Shown: in pieces, positions 33,042 through 33,198 of the stretch
How positions within the stretch are numbered: the first letter of the stretch is position 1
Layout: each line of letters starts with the position of its first letter
Source of the DNA: Actinomycetota bacterium
GTDB taxonomy: Bacteria; Actinomycetota; Actinomycetes; S36-B12; UBA10799
Length of the DNA stretch: 33,198 bases
Direction: 5' to 3'
NCBI GenBank assembly: GCA_035429705.1
Contig: DAOMFH010000002.1
Span: 1-33,198, forward strand
Made by a program: the position numbers and the translations under genes
Notes under the pieces: model-generated
Told to the model about the DNA's origin: nothing
Databases searched by the model: none
Seen by the model: the letters and a program-made list of their open reading frames with translations, nothing else

Positions 33042-33198
33042 CCCATCACGGTAGTCACCGCTTCGCCGAGCCGCAGTCGCTTCGACCCAGCAGCGCGCAG
33101 GCTGGCGCCGCCGGTAGCTGCCCGGTGGTCCTGGTTCCCTTCGGGTTCAGTCTCGTCGGTGGTGTTTGGGGTGGCTGGTTCGGGTGGTGCCGAGGGGT

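Noticed and set aside
33042-33198. G/T-rich run at the window end (GGTGGTGTTTGGGGTGGCTGGTTCGGGTGGTG..) and a possible partial minus-strand ORF ending at about 33055
   Set aside because: It is truncated by the window edge. The two open minus-strand frames show only about 70-76 % GC3 and have no motif, so I cannot tell a Pro/Thr-rich C-terminus from non-coding DNA.
1-33198. Search by eye for CRISPR repeats, tRNA/rRNA, IS elements, integrases and toxin-antitoxin or restriction-type defence genes
   Set aside because: I saw no spaced direct repeats, no cloverleaf-like intergenic sequence, and no transposase, recombinase, nuclease or helicase motifs. The only tandem repeat is the 2 x 21 bp unit at 22436-22477.

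Overview
This is a high-GC window: third codon positions are mostly G/C, GTG starts are frequent, and there are very long antisense shadow ORFs. It looks like an actinobacterial chromosome segment, which is an inference. Positions 155-21676 form one large Wzx/Wzy-type surface-glycan locus. Its plus-strand block (1561-8000) holds a GT4 glycosyltransferase, a CE4-like protein, HisH/HisF paralogues with a PP-loop N-acetyl-sugar amidotransferase (an acetamidino-sugar module), and a Wzx flippase. Its 13-gene minus-strand block (21676 down to 7855) is mostly translationally coupled. In order it encodes a short ANL adenylating enzyme, a NadE-like PP-loop enzyme, a DltC-like carrier protein, an AsnB-type amidotransferase, a PglD/NeuD-like acetyltransferase, a PglE-like aminotransferase, a PglC-like phosphoglycosyl transferase, a GT4, a WbpD/WbpE/WbpB/WbpA-like set for a 2,3-diacetamido-2,3-dideoxy-hexuronic acid, and a Wzy-like polymerase. 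A further DegT aminotransferase lies at 155-1300. The most unusual part is the ligase / NadE-like / carrier / AsnB cassette (17338-21676), which I cannot map to a described glycan-modification pathway. The right third holds an AAA+ (CbbX/SpoVK-type) ATPase + SHOCT membrane protein + 35-aa TM micropeptide operon, and a fused cytochrome-b/molybdopterin oxidoreductase. It also holds a coupled class-II aldolase / APH-type kinase / GlpD operon with a divergent TetR, sodA with a perfect 7-3-7 palindrome upstream, and a penicillin-acylase-family Ntn hydrolase without a signal peptide. I recognised no rRNA, tRNA, CRISPR array, transposase or integrase. All family assignments come from motif recognition by eye; no database search was run.
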